Positions 62,401 to 64,000 of a stretch of DNA of 64,000 nt are shown here, in pieces (within the stretch, counting starts at the first letter, position 1; each line of letters begins with the position of its first letter). Location: positions 17,011 to 81,010 of the forward strand of contig JBCCYL010000021.1 in NCBI GenBank assembly GCA_039189765.1, written 5' to 3'. A model generated the notes under the pieces. It was given only the letters and a program-made list of their open reading frames with translations. It made no database searches and was not told the DNA's origin. The stretch is from Cyanobacteria bacterium P01_F01_bin.150. Its GTDB lineage: Bacteria > Cyanobacteriota > Cyanobacteriia > CAKZMO01. A program made the position numbers and the translations under genes.

Positions 62401-63767
62401 CTCCACAAACGATTACCCTCAACAATAATGGGACGGTTGCTTTTATGGTTCAAAAAAGCAACTTTGTTAACAATGAGGACAATGCATTCTTTATTGAAAA
62501 AGACACTTGTGTTGGGCAAATCTTGCAGCCAAGGGATGATTGTAACTTGACCGTTTCTTTTCTCCCAACTAATGAGGCTAATTATCAAACCAACTTGGCA
62601 ATCATTGATGATATAGGGCAAGAAATTGGTCGGGTTTTGCTTGTGGGGGAAGGGACACTTCCCATCTCGCCTGGGCCTAGATCCAGCAGTGATCGCTCTA
62701 ATCAGCGGCCTACCCAGCGAGCCGATAGCGATAATCGCTCCTCCCCATCTGTCGGAAATGAAACGACGATTCCTGAATCCCCTACTAATAGTTCTTCTCA
62801 AGCATCCCAGTTCACTGTTAGTCCTGCTGCGATCGCGTTTGAGCAACAGGAAATTAATAATGTCGATCGCAGCACCCTGCGGATTCAAAATACAGGGGCA
62901 AGCCCTCTTTCATTCAACGATATCACTCTGGGGGGTGAGCCTTTTACCCTAACTCAAGAAAGTTGTTTGGATAGACCCATTGAACCCGGCAATGAGTGTG
63001 TTGTTGAGATTGCCTTTGCCCCCACTATTGCTCAAACCTACGCCAGTAATTTAGTGATCGTATCTCCAACCGAAACCAAAACCATCGCCATTAATGGCAC
63101 TGGCATTTCCCCCTCAGAACCACTGCCCCCAGATGATTCCAATCTCAATTTGCCTTCCCCGGCCATTACCAACTTTTCCGTTAGTCCAAATACCACCATT
63201 AATCCCAACGATATTGTAGAGCTTTGTTATGACTTGGAAAATGTAGAGGCAGCCTACATTTTGAACCGTACCACTAAGGAACAGATTACTGTTTCCCCTG
63301 ATTCTCCTGGCTGCCTACCTCAAACTGTGACAGATACGACAGCCTATACCTTGGTGGGCTTTCAAGAAAGCTATGATCCTGTAGAGCAATCCCTGACTGT
63401 AGTTGTGGCTGAGGTTGATTCTGAGCCGCCACCAACGCCTGAGGCGATCGCTCCCACAGGCTCCAGCCCTACTTATTGCAATAGCTCTGTAGTTTTAAAG
63501 TGGCAATCAGTGACTGATAATGGTGGCCCGGTCAGCTACGAAGTTAATCTACAACGACAAGATATCGCTAGCAGCGATACGGGCGCTATTAAACCTTCTT
63601 CAACTTGGACAGCCATTTCCTCTGAAAGGGTCAGCCAAACTAGCCTAAATATTTCATCCGCAGCTCAATCACCTCACCTTTACCGATGGCGAGTACAAGC
63701 TATAGATGCTGCGGGAAATACTAGTACTCCAACAGGATGGAATGAGTTTTTGTGCATTAATCCTTAA
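59451..63767 (+). CDS. Transmembrane STAND/NB-ARC-like P-loop protein with extracytoplasmic Ig-like (choice-of-anchor D/ASH-like) and FN3-like domains
   Basis: Walker A GEAGSGKT, Walker B LVLDD, LEGHP (GxP), TPR-like WALHQLG-type helices (ALILHQLGSRA), TM WLWLLVGGGSLAIISLIAFLLG, three N.G....F....C....L.P...C.....F.P Ig repeats, C-terminal LKWQ...YEV...YRWRVQAIDAAGN. Confidence 0.8.
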   Translation: MTLPTMYANPIYEQSLLEAAQAGKSDAIAHLLQKALPHEGITVTAERHQTQLNIALIREDQGDTDANRQCIKSFIQQSLRQLQPQNIATVQITWSSREPEQTDGQGRRDASFSLLPASQIEALSDDEMQAIAVQLKPPQGPSESSRLEMAVGFHCSQFTENGVLVMPQPQPAESPWQKRRQVDPTYICSPITRLLNRQTELKAGISTLQAGGSISLLGEAGSGKTALLRALCHHPQLLPRFPGGIIYQRAYGRPLEDLIQNVFDALYQHRSSRLSDRQSNQANEQANEQAKGVWDANARKPTAMEQYQHLSQHQLCLVLDDMEPSGELLQELAQWKNLAVLTASDFEINDSASPSSVHPSVKDNLVALNAAKRKTSKHQSVKQWDAGTSNSRHLSMKGLPIKDAVVLFEEGLGRSLQPSEEKDAATLCGQLEGHPRRLIQMAALLRQRQFSLFELVQQLRQNTEPEAIILKAVSGLPESDRRLVAILAAFGGNPVHGKHLPALVDLDNVTVQLFSLVERGLVWTDGTFYRLADNLLAPLNKHWRLAPWLDQSVTYFKSWLEQLNDPGKNGPGNTVSQKGYGHISLTSIKSILENSDILWFLLCHAVDSQRWSDVLDFGRLLEPGLWFGKQWGRWRQALLSQWQAAQSLQDQAAIALILHQLGSRAICLEDGITAHACLAQAFESRMALGDLDGAAISQHNLNVLARSCFALENVVTSQTDHDNRLVPPKLGSEKPKLTGQVNASPAPVLVNQASGQQSFIPSLSLNPSPDLSLNQSQAQSSKLEDTATATGKTSASSPGTSDSTTAKASSDSSNPPEEVILLSSPSRFSWLWLLVGGGSLAIISLIAFLLGQKPQTDISRLRPKHTFPPQRIGVISEPHKFIITNTTPAPIAIDVDFETGDRQDFTINSNDCVSQSLEPDEVCTISATFEPQENGPRSASFMVQVGKNTDPKRLILQGVGANVKADVQPLDITFKPQRLTERSTPQTITLNNNGTVAFMVQKSNFVNNEDNAFFIEKDTCVGQILQPRDDCNLTVSFLPTNEANYQTNLAIIDDIGQEIGRVLLVGEGTLPISPGPRSSSDRSNQRPTQRADSDNRSSPSVGNETTIPESPTNSSSQASQFTVSPAAIAFEQQEINNVDRSTLRIQNTGASPLSFNDITLGGEPFTLTQESCLDRPIEPGNECVVEIAFAPTIAQTYASNLVIVSPTETKTIAINGTGISPSEPLPPDDSNLNLPSPAITNFSVSPNTTINPNDIVELCYDLENVEAAYILNRTTKEQITVSPDSPGCLPQTVTDTTAYTLVGFQESYDPVEQSLTVVVAEVDSEPPPTPEAIAPTGSSPTYCNSSVVLKWQSVTDNGGPVSYEVNLQRQDIASSDTGAIKPSSTWTAISSERVSQTSLNISSAAQSPHLYRWRVQAIDAAGNTSTPTGWNEFLCINP

Positions 63768-63803
63768 CGACAATCAATTCCCATATCGGTTTGTATTTTA
63801 AGG

Positions 63804-63838
63804 CGAGTTTTTGGGGCGCGGAGCGCCCCAAAAACTCG
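63804..63838. repeat. Palindrome family B, copy 2
   Basis: Perfect 16-bp inverted repeat CGAGTTTTTGGGGCGC-GGA-GCGCCCCAAAAACTCG. Confidence 0.75.
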
Positions 63839-64000
63839 TTCAGATCTTCCCGGCTTAAGTTATACCTAGATCTTCATGGCCTAAATCGCCCCTAATTTTC
63901 AGAGAGGGCAATATTCTATAAGCTTTGATATACTTAGCTTTAAGCAAATGGGTTTGATCTGCTTACATCATAAGAATCGCCCAGATCGTCATTGTGTACA

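Larger units (their letters stand above)
1..64000. repeat. HIP1 octamer GCGATCGC dispersed through the window
   Basis: Many copies, e.g. 353-360, 508-515, 762-769; hallmark of most cyanobacterial genomes. Confidence 0.95.

Overview
This is chromosomal DNA from a cyanobacterium. The HIP1 octamer GCGATCGC is very frequent, and the gene content and synteny are typical of cyanobacteria (DUF3727-mltG-yqeG-proB, lysA-cdaA-uppS, rimI-clpC, murA/tRNA-Leu/trmH). The window opens inside a 5'-truncated olefin synthase PKS (FAAL-ACP-KS-AT-KR-ACP-sulfotransferase-TE) that carries in-frame short tandem repeats. An AT-richer two-gene module (unknown protein + PIN nuclease) follows, then mostly housekeeping genes (recA, xseAB, menF, pfkA, proB, hisIE, sds, murI, an Na+/H+ antiporter, uppS, cdaA, lysA, clpC, murA). 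The end holds signalling genes, an XPB-like helicase and a large transmembrane P-loop/Ig-domain protein. The most notable observations are: (i) a dispersed intergenic palindromic element (hairpin + CCCGCCTAAAGTTGATAC tail) in five same-strand copies, plus related hairpins sharing its core; (ii) an intact site-2 protease gene that has lost all zinc-binding and catalytic residues; (iii) the non-canonical PIN module; (iv) a membrane-spanning STAND-like receptor; (v) a tandemly structured pfkA leader; (vi) an unannotated 35-aa membrane protein; (vii) a probable ATC start for murA. No CRISPR array, rRNA or intact transposase was seen. All family calls come from motif recognition by eye, not database searches.
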